Source of the DNA: Octopus bimaculoides
Lineage: Eukaryota
Length of the DNA: 64,000 nucleotides
Reading direction: 5' to 3'
Assembly: GCF_001194135.2 (NCBI RefSeq)
Contig: NC_068995.1
Span: forward strand, 14,228,246-14,292,245
The stretch's first letter is position 1; each line of letters starts with the position of its first letter. A program made the translations under genes and the position numbers. Below are positions 12,346 to 24,653 of the stretch, in pieces. The notes below the pieces were generated by a model. It had not been told where the DNA came from and made no database searches. It saw nothing but the letters and a program-made list of their open reading frames with translations.

Positions 12346-12580
12346 ATCTTTTATCTTTTACTTGTTTCAGTCATTAGAGCACAGCCATACTGGAGCACCT
12401 TCTTGAAGAATTTTTAGTTGAATGAATCGACTCCACTACTTATTTTTTTTATTTAGCATGATACTTTTCTATCAGTCTTATTTGGTGCACTGCTAGTTAA
12501 GGGGACATATACATACCAACACTGATTTCAAGCAGTGATGGGAGACCAACACAGACACAAGACACACATGCACACACATT
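12346..12580 (-). mobile_element. SINE family B 3' half, tandem with the previous copy
   Basis: TTTTACTTGTTTCAGTCATT...CTGGAGCACC...GAATCGAC. Confidence 0.8.
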
Positions 12581-12583
12581 TAT

Positions 12584-12597
12584 AGATCGGAAGAGCG
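12584..12597 (+). other. Illumina adapter remnant (AGATCGGAAGAGCG) at a contig end
   Basis: Exact match to the adapter prefix, immediately followed by the N gap. Confidence 0.9.
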
Positions 12598-13607
12598 NNN
12601 NNNNNNNNNNNNNNNNNNNNNNNNNNNNNNNNNNNNNNNNNNNNNNNNNNNNNNNNNNNNNNNNNNNNNNNNNNNNNNNNNNNNNNNNNNNNNNNNNNNN
12701 NNNNNNNNNNNNNNNNNNNNNNNNNNNNNNNNNNNNNNNNNNNNNNNNNNNNNNNNNNNNNNNNNNNNNNNNNNNNNNNNNNNNNNNNNNNNNNNNNNNN
12801 NNNNNNNNNNNNNNNNNNNNNNNNNNNNNNNNNNNNNNNNNNNNNNNNNNNNNNNNNNNNNNNNNNNNNNNNNNNNNNNNNNNNNNNNNNNNNNNNNNNN
12901 NNNNNNNNNNNNNNNNNNNNNNNNNNNNNNNNNNNNNNNNNNNNNNNNNNNNNNNNNNNNNNNNNAGGGCAAATGTTGTACACATACAGTTCAGGCAGAT
13001 GTTAACGAAATTATATTAAAAATAAAACGAAGGAAAACACACGTGTGTTGCCTCTCTGCAAAATGTCAGAAGTAATGGAGATTAAATACGCTTTACACCG
13101 CTTAAACTGCCAAAGGAGTAACTGTAAACAGCTGAATACTTGTCAGTGATTGGTTGAAATTATCGAAATAAGACAATTTTTTACATGAAATAACTTCGAA
13201 TACAAAAATTTTTTTCTGTTCTATAACACAAAATAGATAAGTATACGAAGTTTGAAAGTCTTTCGGTACCAAAAACACTACATAAAACATAAATGAAAAC
13301 TGGTGCCCCCGTTTTGAACTAGATCCAACCATGTTAAGTAATAAAGCACCAAAAGAGAATGACACTCCAAAGACACAATGATATATATATATATATATAT
13401 ATATATGAATAAATATTCAAGAACTATTTATATAGATATTATTATTAGTTATTATTAATACAATAACAACAACAATGATATAAGTGGCCAGCAAGCAAAA
13501 GCCAATAAATGGCAAATCCTAAATTTTATAATTAATTTATAATTATAATTGAGGGGAAACACAAGGTGCCAGCATTGCTGTAAAAATCAGAGTTGAAAAA
13601 ACCTCTA

Positions 13608-13760
13608 GGGCTTCTTTCGGTTTCTGTCTACGAAATCCATTCACAAGGCTTTGTTTGACCTGAGGTTATAGCAGAAGACACTTGTCCAAGCTGTTACACA
13701 GTGAGACTGAACCTGAAACCATGTGGTTGGGAAACAAACTTCTAACCACACAGCCATACC
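13608..13760 (-). mobile_element. SINE family B 5' half
   Basis: GGGCTTCTTTCGGTTTC...ACCATGTGGTTGG...ACCACACAGCCA. Confidence 0.8.
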
Positions 13761-14041
13761 AAGACTAATTTTGATAACCAAAGGAAGGCAGCGAAAATAA
13801 GTACCAGTTGATTACTGGGGTCAATGCAATTGACTTAAACTCCTTCCCCAAAATTGCTGGCTAGCGCCAAAATTGAAATCACTATTAGTGTTTGGAAATG
13901 TTGTTTTGATAATTCATATTATATTGAATAATAAAAGAAATGTTTGAGAAGCACTCTATTAGAGCTGTCCCATACTCGTTTTGGCTCTTTGCATTCTGAG
14001 TTCAAATCACACTGAGGTCATTTTTGCCTTTCATCCCTTAA

Positions 14042-14312
14042 TCCTTTAGCATTCAGATAATTCTGTCAAATGTAATGCTTGTCTTTCCTCATTGTTTTAA
14101 GATAATCATGCATTATCTTGTAGCTTCAAAATTTCAGGTACTCCAGTATGGCCCCAGTCAAATGACTGAAACGAGTAAAAGAATAAAAGAATGTAATTGC
14201 TTATTTTTAGAATGACACTAAAGGGTAGGAATAAGATACCAGATTTGGCTGGTTTGACTGTAAAACAGGTAGAATATTTGGGCCAGATATGGCCAGTTTA
14301 AACGCTAAAGGA
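14042..14312. mobile_element. piggyBac-like MITE carrying a nested SINE B tail (about 14138-14192)
   Basis: TTAA at 14038-14041, TIRs TCCTTTAGCATT and AACGCTAAAGGA (11/12 match), TCAA at 14313-14316. Confidence 0.6.
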
Positions 14313-14724
14313 TCAAAGGTCAATAAAATAAGGCACCAATCAAAGACAGTGAATTGGTGGAATTGTTAAAGCATCAGACAAGATGCCTTGCAGTGTTTGT
14401 TCCAACCGTTTACTATCTGAGTTCTTGGGTAATAGACTTAATCTCCGTTGCTAGGGTTAGTATTACCTCTGGTTCTTGAGTGCATTTGGCAGATTCCACT
14501 CAATTGCAAGCATTCAGGTCAGGTGTCTGGTTTGAGAATAACTTCCTCCCTTCCTGCCACAAGGCTTGAAGGACCTAGAAAAGAAATGTGGAGGTCACTG
14601 GTACGGCTCATTCCTCTATGGTTACTCTCATTGAACAGCTGCAGTAGAGTATTAAAAAAATACCAAAGTAGAGATAAAGTTTAAGCTGCTGTAATATACG
14701 ATATAAATCGCACAATAGTATGTA

Positions 14725-14903
14725 TGTAGGAAGGTATGTATGTATGTATGCATCTAAGTATATATGTAGACAGACAGATAGTCAGATAGAGGGAGAGAGA
14801 GAGAGAGAGAGAGAGAAAGATAGAGACAAATAGATAGATAAATAGACAGACAGATAAACAGATAGGCAGACAGACAGACAGATAAACAGATAGACAAATA
14901 AAC

Positions 14904-14950
<47 letters not shown>

Positions 14951-15130
14951 CAGAAAAAGAGACTGATAAACCGATAGATATGTTTCTTTATTAGCCACAC
15001 AGGGCTGAACACAGAGGGGACAAGTTACAAAGTACACCTTTTTCTTTTTCGGGAGGAGAAGGAAGGGAAAAAAGGGGGGTAGATTTTCGATCAAAAGGGA
15101 TCGTAAACAGATAGATAGATAGATAGATAT
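14725..15130. repeat. (TATG)n/(GA)n/(GACA)n/(GATA)n compound microsatellite region
   Basis: Direct reading. Confidence 0.85.
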
Positions 15131-15377
15131 ACACATCCATTGTTCCATATCACATTTTACATATACTCCTCTTTCTGCATTTATCAAACCCACCTACTGC
15201 ATCATATATTAGAATTACTATAGATTATCACATCATTACAATTCCACAGATTACACCTCACACCATTCCATTTCTATACCACACATGTGCTGTACTAATC
15301 TTTTCTCTTATCACATCGTTCAACCAACCAACAACTTACCATACTTTATGTCCTACTGCAGAATATATATATATATA

Positions 15378-15467
15378 CAAGGTGGGCCAAAAGTAACGCA
15401 CCAAGATTAAAACAATACATATTACGTGGATCTAACTGTTTTGGTGCGTTACTTTTGGCCCATCCTG
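15378..15467. mobile_element. 90-bp Tc1/mariner-type MITE
   Basis: 27-bp TIRs at 15378-15404 and 15441-15467 (25/27 match), with TA on both flanks. Confidence 0.85.
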
Positions 15468-15875
15468 TATATTATACCATAACTTGCAAACTTTAGCTGA
15501 ATAAACTAGTTATTTCCCTTCGTAATGTACCCCCTCCCCCAAAACCTTCTCTACATACATGTATATGCGCGTCCATGTATGTATGTATATGTGTGTGTGA
15601 GTCAAATGTTGCGCTTAAATATATCTATTTTGCTTTTTTATATTATCCTGACTCTTGTTTTTTTCATGTGTAAACGATCGTCTGTGACTAATTATTTTTT
15701 TTTAAACGCAATGGAACCTGCTTTATTTACTGTGATCATTTTGGAACGGGACCTTCTAACCAACTGCCAACGACGATCAGAAAGTATAATAGCAATTATC
15801 CTGAGCATGTTTGGGACTCCAGTAATTTTAACAATAACCGTTTGATCCCATTACATATAATTATAAGCTGTTTCC

Positions 15876-15942
<67 letters not shown>

Positions 15943-17360
15943 AAGAATATATATATATAATTTGTGTGTGAGCGCGTGCGCATAATAGATTTATCGATAT
16001 TTCGAGTTCCATTCTAAGGTCATGGGTCAGAAGAACGAATCTTTTTACAAAATAAAATAACCAATTGTTTTTCTTTTCCGTTTTATCTGCATTGGTTGCA
16101 TACGTATTTTGTTTTCATTGCTTTTGATTTTAACTTCTCTGGTTGCGACCTGTTGCATAAATTAAACGATTTATATTTGCATAAATTAAGTGATTCATAT
16201 TTTTTGAATTAGCGTAACGTTTGAATATTTTTTAATTACAACTTCTGTATAATTATAGTCACTTGGCCTTACAGGTAATTACTAAGTCATTCTGTTGTCG
16301 TTTAACCCTTTGACTGTCAAAATCATTTTTTTTTATAAGTTTATCTTAGGACTCGCTTGTTTTCAAACTTTTAATTAGCTTTTGTTTCATATGTTCTGAG
16401 TAATATAAAGCTTTCGTTTCATAAGTCCCAAATTACTCTGGCGGTTAAAAAGGGTGGAATGTGTAATATAATTGGTGCATGGACGTCAGGAAAATAAGTC
16501 CCATGTACCACATATAATACACAGGAACTAGTCCTAGTTCAAGAACTACGCATTGACTAGAAGTTTAGTCTTCTGGAAAAAAAAAGGTGAAACTAAATAA
16601 CGCCGGATGTGATAATACTGAAATTCCATTTCATTATATTGATATAACACGAAAACGATATTAAGAACAGACGTACATTTTATTTCACACAACTTAATAC
16701 AATGTATAGAACACACACATAAACGCAAATAGATTTTAATGATTTTTGTCGGAAAAAAAATCAACCACCACATATATTACGACAAAATCCACGCGAATAA
16801 CGCCACTACTTCCTATTAGTTCTTTGAGAACAATTCAATGCAGGATTATTGTATTAATTACGCGAATCCGTTTTGGCTATCATGCATAGATAAAGAAGCC
16901 GTGGTATTGCCTTTTTTTTCCGGTCCGTTTCTGGGTACAGTAAGTTAGAGCTGTGTCTTGTACCCGCAACTGTTATTGCAGAAATGCTGAAGATATCATC
17001 AGAAGATACAATACTAGTTGCCAGTGGACTCGGTACGGTCAGGTGGATTTTAAAAATGAAATCTTGATATTTCTCCAGGTCAGTTAAGAAAATTATGGGA
17101 CTTCACTGTCTGTCCTTAACTGCATATTAACCGAGTTATAATTTAAAGCGATTCAACTATGACCATCACGCTTAGACGCGCCATGTCATATTTATAAATT
17201 TCTTAAAAAAAAAAAAAAAAGACAGTTGTGTGATTTCTAACAGGCCAAACTACCTGATAGATACTCTCACTGGTTCGCTTTAAGTTGCGATTAGTTACGT
17301 CTGATGTACTTGTTATAATTTGGCGTTGTAACTTCTGCGATAGTGCTGCTGCTGTTGCTG

Positions 17361-17620
17361 TTTAACCCCAGGTCAGCACTGATTGAGAAGACGTACGATC
17401 AGAGTCTTTCCAGCTATGACCATCACTAGCTACAATGTGTGCCGCCCGAGGCGGCTCCTCCGTTTGCTGCCCCCGAACCCCCCCAAAAAACATACTGCTT
17501 ACAGCAGACCCAAAAGTGCCGCCCGGGGCGAACCGTACCCCACCCCCAGCTATGTTAGTGATGGCCATTCCGTCTTTTCTTTGTCTAGGACTACATTACC
17601 CAATGTCCACTTCCCTCCTC
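17361..17620 (-). mobile_element. Family D element, split by a MITE insertion
   Basis: TTTAACCCCAGGTCAGC...CCAGCTATGACCAT, the insert, then ATGGCCATTCCGTCTTTT, as in uninterrupted copies (e.g. 20340-20400). Confidence 0.75.
17424..17560. mobile_element. 137-bp GC-rich hAT-like MITE
   Basis: 8-bp target duplication ATGACCAT/ATGGCCAT, ends CACTAGCT and AGCTATGTTAGTG, and internal repeat GTGCCGCCCGRGGCG x2 (17439, 17516). Confidence 0.7.
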
Positions 17621-17929
17621 AAAGACTGTCGATGTGATTTTGAAAGCAATTTGGCAACTACTTCTACCATATCGATTAATCATGCAAAGCAGAGATTTTT
17701 GGTGAATTCTTAATACTTTCTGATTCTATATACACCTCCATTATTTTTGTCTATTTCTAAACTAAACTGAGTAAGTTTTGGAAAAAGCCAAAACGCCAAA
17801 CATATTTTACCGTATCTAATTGGCATCTTAAACCACCGCAAGAAGTTTCATGCTTTTGGACTTCATAATACATACATACATAATTAAATAGGTGTATATA
17901 GTCATGTCTTTGTGTTTGTGTTCGTCACT

Positions 17930-18115
17930 CAAACATCTGGCTTGTCTACTAGTGTTGGTTTGCTTACGTCCCCGTTACTAAGCGGTTCGGCAAAATGAAG
18001 CAATGGAATAAGTACCAGACTTTAAAAAATAGTGATGTCGATTTAATCGACTAAACCCTCACAGCAGTGCCCCAGCATGACCGTAATCCAGTTACTGAGA
18101 CAAGTAAAAGACAAA
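17930..18115 (+). mobile_element. SINE family B 3' half
   Basis: ACGTCCCCGT..AGCGGTTCGGCAAAA...GTGCCCCAGCATG...ACAAGTAAAAGA. Confidence 0.8.
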
Positions 18116-18324
18116 GAGAATAATAAAAATAAAGGGGAGTATTGAAAAGGTAACAGAACTAGAGAAAATAAGTCTGGATTTCTATGGGGGGGGGGGGAGA
18201 TATAAATTAAATTTCTTGATAAGAAGGTAATAATGGAACTACTTATAGAATTAGCAGGGCCCTCACCTCCTCCAAAAAAAGGTGGGGGTGCAAAAATCTA
18301 GAAAATGAGGGATAAACGAAGCCA

Positions 18325-18589
18325 AACTTTGATGAAAAGAATCGCCGTACAGTGTTTTTTCAAAAGGACAGAAGCGATAAAAGATTGCAAGAGTGGCAGG
18401 ATCTGGTTAAAGAAAGGAGTATTGAAGGAAGAGAGCAAAATAATGGTTTTAGAGGCACAAGAACAGACCCTAATGGTAATTTGGACCTAGAGAGTGATAG
18501 ATAAGTAGGAGCCTTCACTCAAGTGTAGCTTATATTGTATCAGAATGTCAACAATTTGCTCAAAACGAATACAAAAAGTGTAGGCATGA
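18325..18589 (+). mobile_element. Decayed R4/Dong-like non-LTR retrotransposon fragment (post-RT and zinc-knuckle region)
   Basis: WLKKGVLKEESKIMVLEAQEQTL..W.*RVIDK*EPSLKC, then by frameshift IVSECQQFAQNEYKKCRHD. This resembles the R4-clade WL.KG.LK.ETE....AQ.Q.L...IDK...C..C..HI.S.C..LA..EY..RHD pattern. Confidence 0.7.
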
Positions 18590-18697
18590 TTATCAGACCC
18601 ATGGGTCTGATAAGAAACATACTTAATTCGGTTGCAACAGAAATACACTGTTACAATAATAATAATAATAATGATGATGATGATGATGATGATGATG

Positions 18698-18732
<35 letters not shown>

Positions 18733-20334
18733 AGTTTCAAATTTTGGCACAAAGCCAGCAATTTTGAGGGGAGGAAGAAGTTGATTACATCAACCCCAAA
18801 ACACACACGTTATAGTGACATTTCGAAACGAGCTCATTCCTGGAATTTAATAAGTTCAGAGGAGACGTTGATAAGAATAACTTTTCAAATGTATACACAG
18901 AACGAGATCAGATCCCTCAGAAATGATTTTCCCCCTTTTGCTTTATTTATATTTATTCAAGTACCAATCATCTTTCACATTTTACTATCTTCATGTCTCT
19001 CTCCTCACCCTCCCGTCTTCTTCAACATAACTGTACTTTAATCATTTCTACAACTTCCCTGGTCCTTCCTCTCCCCATTCGCTCATTTTCATAAACCTAA
19101 TGCGTTCTTATTCACTTTCACACTCCTCTCTAATAAATATATACTTTCTCCACGTTATCGTAGCTAATTTTTTCGACTGTAATTGTAGTTCAGCACACAG
19201 TCTACTTATGACTATCTCTTCTTGCGTTCTTTCTTTTTACCATTCTTCCTTTCTCCATCTTCTTTTTTCTCTCTATCCCCTTTCTTATCTGTCTACTTCC
19301 TCTTTTGCTGTCTTCATGTATGTTTTTTTCTTCTTTGAGAACTTTAATACGTTCTCAAACATTAAATATTTAAAATGATAAATTTTACACTATAAGCGTT
19401 TCAAACATTGAATCTCAATATTTCTAAACATCATTTTAACTTAACATTTATATAAACCTGTAATTCATAAACGACGAGTCATATCGAAAAGCGGCGACAC
19501 AAAACTTAGAGTAAAAAGAATGCCAAACTTCAGTTTAAATTATTGTTATATATAAACATACATTAACCTGTCGAGTTCTACTTGCCTTTCGTCTATTTGG
19601 GGTCGATGAATTACCAGTTCTGTATTGGACTCTGTTCTTCTGTCTGTCTGTCTCTCTCTCTCTGTATCTATCTAGCTGTCTGTTTTTTGATTGCATGTTA
19701 TTCAAATGTGTCCAGCCTTGTTATTCTGTGAAACACTCATTCGACATAAGAACCGCATTAAGGTTAGATGTGTCTTCGGAATACTCAGCCACTTATACGT
19801 TAATTTCATGAGTAAGCGTTCACTTGGTCGAACAACTGAAAAGTTACTATCGAAGGAACGGACATTCCACCATTAGCAATAGACGAAACCATAAAAACGT
19901 CAAGTTGAGAATATGTGTAAGTGTAGATGTGTGCGTATGTGTGTGTTCATATACTATACATATATGTATAACCGTTTAGTATATAAAAGTCAGTTTGCTG
20001 TTAGCACATTATTTCTATATGTTTAGGTTTGTTTTTATTATATTATATATATTTTTTTTGACCACATCATTCATTATCATAGCTACCATAGTTATTAGTT
20101 CCCTAGTGCATAATCAGTCTTGCAGAACTATTTTTCGTTAAGTGTCCTAAAATAGCAACAAATGCATCACTGTGGTGTCCAAATGCGCGTTCACACACAC
20201 ACACAGCATATTTACATACACACATACACACATATATACAAACACGCACACATACGTTGTGGTGGGGGCATGTACCTCAGTGTGTGTGTGTGCGCAGTCG
20301 TTCACCAATCATAAAGATACCTGATGTTTAATGC

Positions 20335-20700
20335 TAGTTCAGGCCTAAATAGAGCAGACCTTTGATTAAAGGTGTTCCAACTATGACCATCCCGTTCGTT
20401 TTTGTAATGAAAGGAACATTGTTATCCAATGTACATTATTTAAGGCGAGAGGGTGTGTGATTGGAAGAAAATTTGGTTGCTATTTTGAGCAAAGGCGAAC
20501 GACCAGGTAACAGCTCTCATCGTCATCGAAATGATATTTGAGCAAAAAGCTTTCTAGCCGTGACTATCCTGTCTTTTTAGGGATTTCTCACACACGATCC
20601 AAATATGTTCCTTTTCTTTCGTTGTTTTTCGAAAGGTAGGGTATAACTTTAAAGAGATTTGACTGCTACTTCTAGCAAATCGAGCGACCACGTAGAGGCT
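20335..20700 (-). mobile_element. Two adjacent family D copies
   Basis: CTATGACCATCCCG...GGGTGTGTGATT..TTTGGTTGCTATTT and GGTAGGGTATAA..GAGATTTGACTGCTACTTCTAGCA..CGACCACGTAGAGGCTC. Confidence 0.7.
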
Positions 20701-21054
20701 CATTTGTTTTGTTTCGCAGTTCAGTTATCAGAAGGTAACGAAATGTAAAAGCGTTAACGATGTGTCAAGGCAAATAAAATGAGGCGAACAAGTTCCTAAT
20801 GAATACATTCAAATCCCTTGGTTACTGTCCGAACAGAATGGTTTCTGGTATAATAATTGTAGGGTATTGTCGTGCTGGATGACTGGATTTTAACTAGCTG
20901 CTTGGCTAGTCAAATAATGCCTTGAGTCATTGCTAGCGAACGGGGGCAGCGGGGCAAGCAAGACAAGTCAGCAGGGAACAGGTAACGGTAGGGTTCTCTG
21001 ATAATTCATGGTTTAATAGGTTGGGGCTCCCTCCTGTTGTTGCCGACCATACAG

Positions 21055-21790
21055 GATGAAAGAGAGAAAGTATGTGTATGTGTGTGGAAAGAGAAAGAGT
21101 TAAAGACAGAGAGAGAGAGAATGAGAAGAGATGGAAAGTCTAAAGAGAAGTTAGGAAGTGGATGAAATAAAAAAAGAATGAGAGTGATAGATGGAACGAG
21201 TATAAGAAAGTAAGGGGAAGGTGTTTTAGAGAATAGGAAGTGGATAATGTTGGAGAGAGAGGGATAGAGGAAGAGTTAGAGTGGAAATAAGAAGCGCTGA
21301 AGAGAGTGAAAAGAGGGAGCTAAGAAAGAAATAGAGAGAAGAAATAGAGGTAGATTTAAAGAAAGAATAAGTGGAAGTGCTGAAGGAAGAAGAAGAATCG
21401 GAGGAATACAGAGAAGAGAAAGTAAAAAGACGCTGTGAGAGATAGAAAGAGGAAGTATTAAAGAAATAGAGGAGAAAAGAAAAGAGACAGAAAAAAAGTG
21501 AAAAGAAAAGAAAGCACGAAAAAGACAGACGGGGTATGGGTGGAGGAGAAAACAAGATTGGCAGAGGTTATCACGTGATTGAGACGGGTGGGAGTTTGCG
21601 ATGAGAGAAAGATGGGGAAAGTGAGGAGGAGTGAAAAAGAAAGAGTAGAAAGAGAAAGAGATACAAAGAGAGAGGGGGACAGACAGAAGATAATCAGAAA
21701 GACAGTTAGAGGGGAAGTTAGAGGAAGGCACGGAGAACTGAAACGAAAAATATATTACATACTAATCAAAGAGGAGGGGGGGAAACAATA
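21055..21790 (+). repeat. About 740-bp purine-rich (GA) low-complexity tract
   Basis: Strongly A/G-biased on the + strand. The overlapping S/F/L-rich minus ORFs are compositional artefacts. Confidence 0.85.
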
Positions 21791-22924
21791 ACCGAATTAT
21801 AATTGGTGCGAAAGGAAAAGGTCATTTAAAAGTTTGTACTTTAATTAATTACGTATGCGTAATTATGATTATATTTCATGTTGATTTGTGAGGTTTGGGT
21901 TTCGGTTATTATTTGGGTTCCTTAAGTATTAATTTAGGATTTACTTCTTTGCCTCCACCTTTTTCCTTCAGGATTCATTAAAATATATATATATTAAAAC
22001 TATTGGATTCGGCTTGTGTATATTAATGTGTGTGAGTTATATAGGGATAAGTATACCTTGCCGGAAACGCTGAAAGACAGGATTCTATTCCCCACCGAAG
22101 TGATTTGAATTCCTTTTTTGGACCCGGCTTCGATCTAATTGCGTGATATTTTAGGCATGTATGTTTTGCCGTGGCCTCAGATCGCCCCAAGCATTGGACA
22201 ATGGAAATTACAATACTGATTTCTTTTTTCTATTTTTTTTTCTCAAAAGTTTCAATTGCTTACATTTTTGTCCCCTACTTACGTATCCTTTTCTTTTCCC
22301 ATGAAATGTGTGACCTGGAGAAATAGCCATTACAAACCACCTCCAAGCCTCCACGCAAAATTGGGTTGGCGGAAACTGCAGAAGCCTGTTGGACGGTTCA
22401 ACCTGCAGTTTTTAGTAGACGGGCTGTGTGGTCCATTATCGTATTCATGCGTTTGAAAGTACCCTCCAAATCTCACATGATTTAAGTTGTTCAAGGTTAC
22501 TAAAAACATTAATTTCTTGACGATTACCTGTTTTTGAAAATATGGTTATCATTGACTGAAGTGAGAGATATGGCAATATGCCGGTTTGGTTTCTCCGAGT
22601 CACTCATTCCAGCTCAGGCAACGGGATATTTAGCTCCAAGTTTGGCGCACTTATTGACCAAGATCCTCCTTACCGCTTATCATTTTATTTTAATTCCAGT
22701 ATTGAGTACATCATATACTCTTATTATTCAGATATCATTGCAAAATTATTTATATCATGCGGTACTCTTTACCTCTGTTTCCTTGTTGGAATTTTGGGTC
22801 GTTGCCCATTGTCGATTTTATTATATATATTAGCAAGTCACCAATACTCATCAATATATTTCTTTTTGTTTTATTTTTCCTCGTTTCGTATTATTATATT
22901 ATATTTTATTTTGGTCTTTTACTG

Positions 22925-23100
22925 GTTTCAGTTATTGAACTGCGGCCATACCAGCGCAGCACTTTCAATGGTGTTTAGTCAAGCATATCAAACATTATTA
23001 CATAAATTTTAGTACTTGATGTCTACTTATTGAACCGACAAGTTACGGGACGTAAAATAAACACTACATATAAACACAATACTGGTTTTAAGTGGTGTAA
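22925..23100 (-). mobile_element. SINE family B 3' half, diverged
   Basis: TTTCAGTTATTGAACTGCGGCCATAC...AAGTTACGGGACGTAAA. Confidence 0.7.
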
Positions 23101-23317
23101 ACATAAACATACACACATATATTCATATGTTCATTAATAATTAATTAATTAATTAAACACAAACAGCATGGTTTTAAAGTGTAAAACTAAGCGTACATTT
23201 CAATTAGTATCCTATTACACAACGCAGCAACAGCTAATAAACAAATTTATACCACTTGAATGAATGTTATGTCTCAATTATATGTGTGTGCATAGGGGTG
23301 TGTTTGTGTGTGCACAT

Positions 23318-23684
23318 GTTGTTGTTGTTGTTGGCACTCCGTCGCTTACGACGTCGAGAGTTCCAGTTGATCCGATCAACAGAACAGCCTGCTCGTGAAA
23401 TTAACGTGCAAGTGGCTGAGCACTCCACAGACACGTGTACCCTTAACGTAGTTCTCGGGGATATTCAGCGTGACACAGTGTGACAAGGCTGACCCTTTGA
23501 ATTACAGGTACAACAGAAACAGGAAGAAAGAGCGAGAGAAAGTTGTGGTGAAAGAGTACAGCAGGGTTCGCCACCATCCCCTGCCTGAGCCTTGTGGAGC
23601 TTTAGGTGTTTTCGCTCAATAAACACTCACAATGCCCGGTCTGGGAATCGAAACCGCGAGTCCACTGCCCTAACCACTGGGCCA
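23318..23684 (-). mobile_element. SINE family E (tRNA-derived, (CAA)n tail), CpG-rich
   Basis: Minus-strand A-box TGGCCCAGTGG, B-box GGTTTCGATTCCC and CAA tail. GTGCACAT direct repeats on both flanks (23310-23317, 23685-23692). Confidence 0.85.
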
Positions 23685-24653
23685 GTGCACATACATATAT
23701 ATATGTTTATACACACGTTTGTATGTATACATTATATTCTCAAAACATTAGTCAACCCAAGAGGACATTAGAAGACACATGCCCAAAGTGAAGTGCAGCA
23801 GCGCAATGAGATCGAACTACAGAACTATGTCGCTGCAAAGCGAATTTTTTTTAACCATTCAAGCTCTGCTTGTGCCTATATTTACTATTTCCCTTCTTTT
23901 TCTTAATCTAATTTACAGGTTTCTTCCTTCCCTCTGTAGGAGATCTTCCTATTTACAATAATGATAATTATTATTACAAATTGTCAAACCTCCTGGGTGG
24001 GCTACAGGAATACTCATGAGTCACTATTATGTTTATTGGTATTCTTTATGCTCTTGGTCCAAATCTTAATGAGGTCAACTTCGCCTTTCATACTTGGAAA
24101 TAAAAAAAGACTGGATATTCACGGATTGAATGCCTTGGCTCAGTCTTACTTAGAGAACGACCTGTAAACCCTTGATTGCCCATTTCCAGCGCCCTGCATC
24201 TGGTCTTCCGACCATTTCTGCAATCTTCCACCATTAATAAATAAATATTAATAATTCAACATAAAATTTCACCAAAATAAATTTCTATTTTAGAGCATCT
24301 CTGTCATAACTGAATGTCCAACAACATTGAAAAATAAATATTTCTTGAATTAATTCAATTAAACTAAAGTATAAATTTTTAATTATAATAAAAATCTTTA
24401 ACATTAAATGCTAGTATTTTAATTATAAACTAATTAATTTATAATTAAACACTGTAAAATATAAGGGAAAACAAATATATACTTTTAGTGCTATTTATTA
24501 AATTTAAATGAACCAGAATTCAAAACCTTAACCTACAATGTTTCAATAAAACTTCATTACTATAAATCTTCATTTTTTTTTCTTATATATTTTGTTGTTT
24601 TCATTTATATTACAAATGGCAGTTGTATAAGATTAAAAGTACTTTTGATATAC

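Noticed and set aside
14448-14684. GC-balanced 78-aa ORF and a possible minus-strand exon
   Set aside because: No recognisable homology; the minus-strand splice-bounded segment has stops in all three frames.
22534-22833. YLAPS motif resembling mariner transposase (PDLAPSD)
   Set aside because: Only four matching residues and no other transposase motifs.
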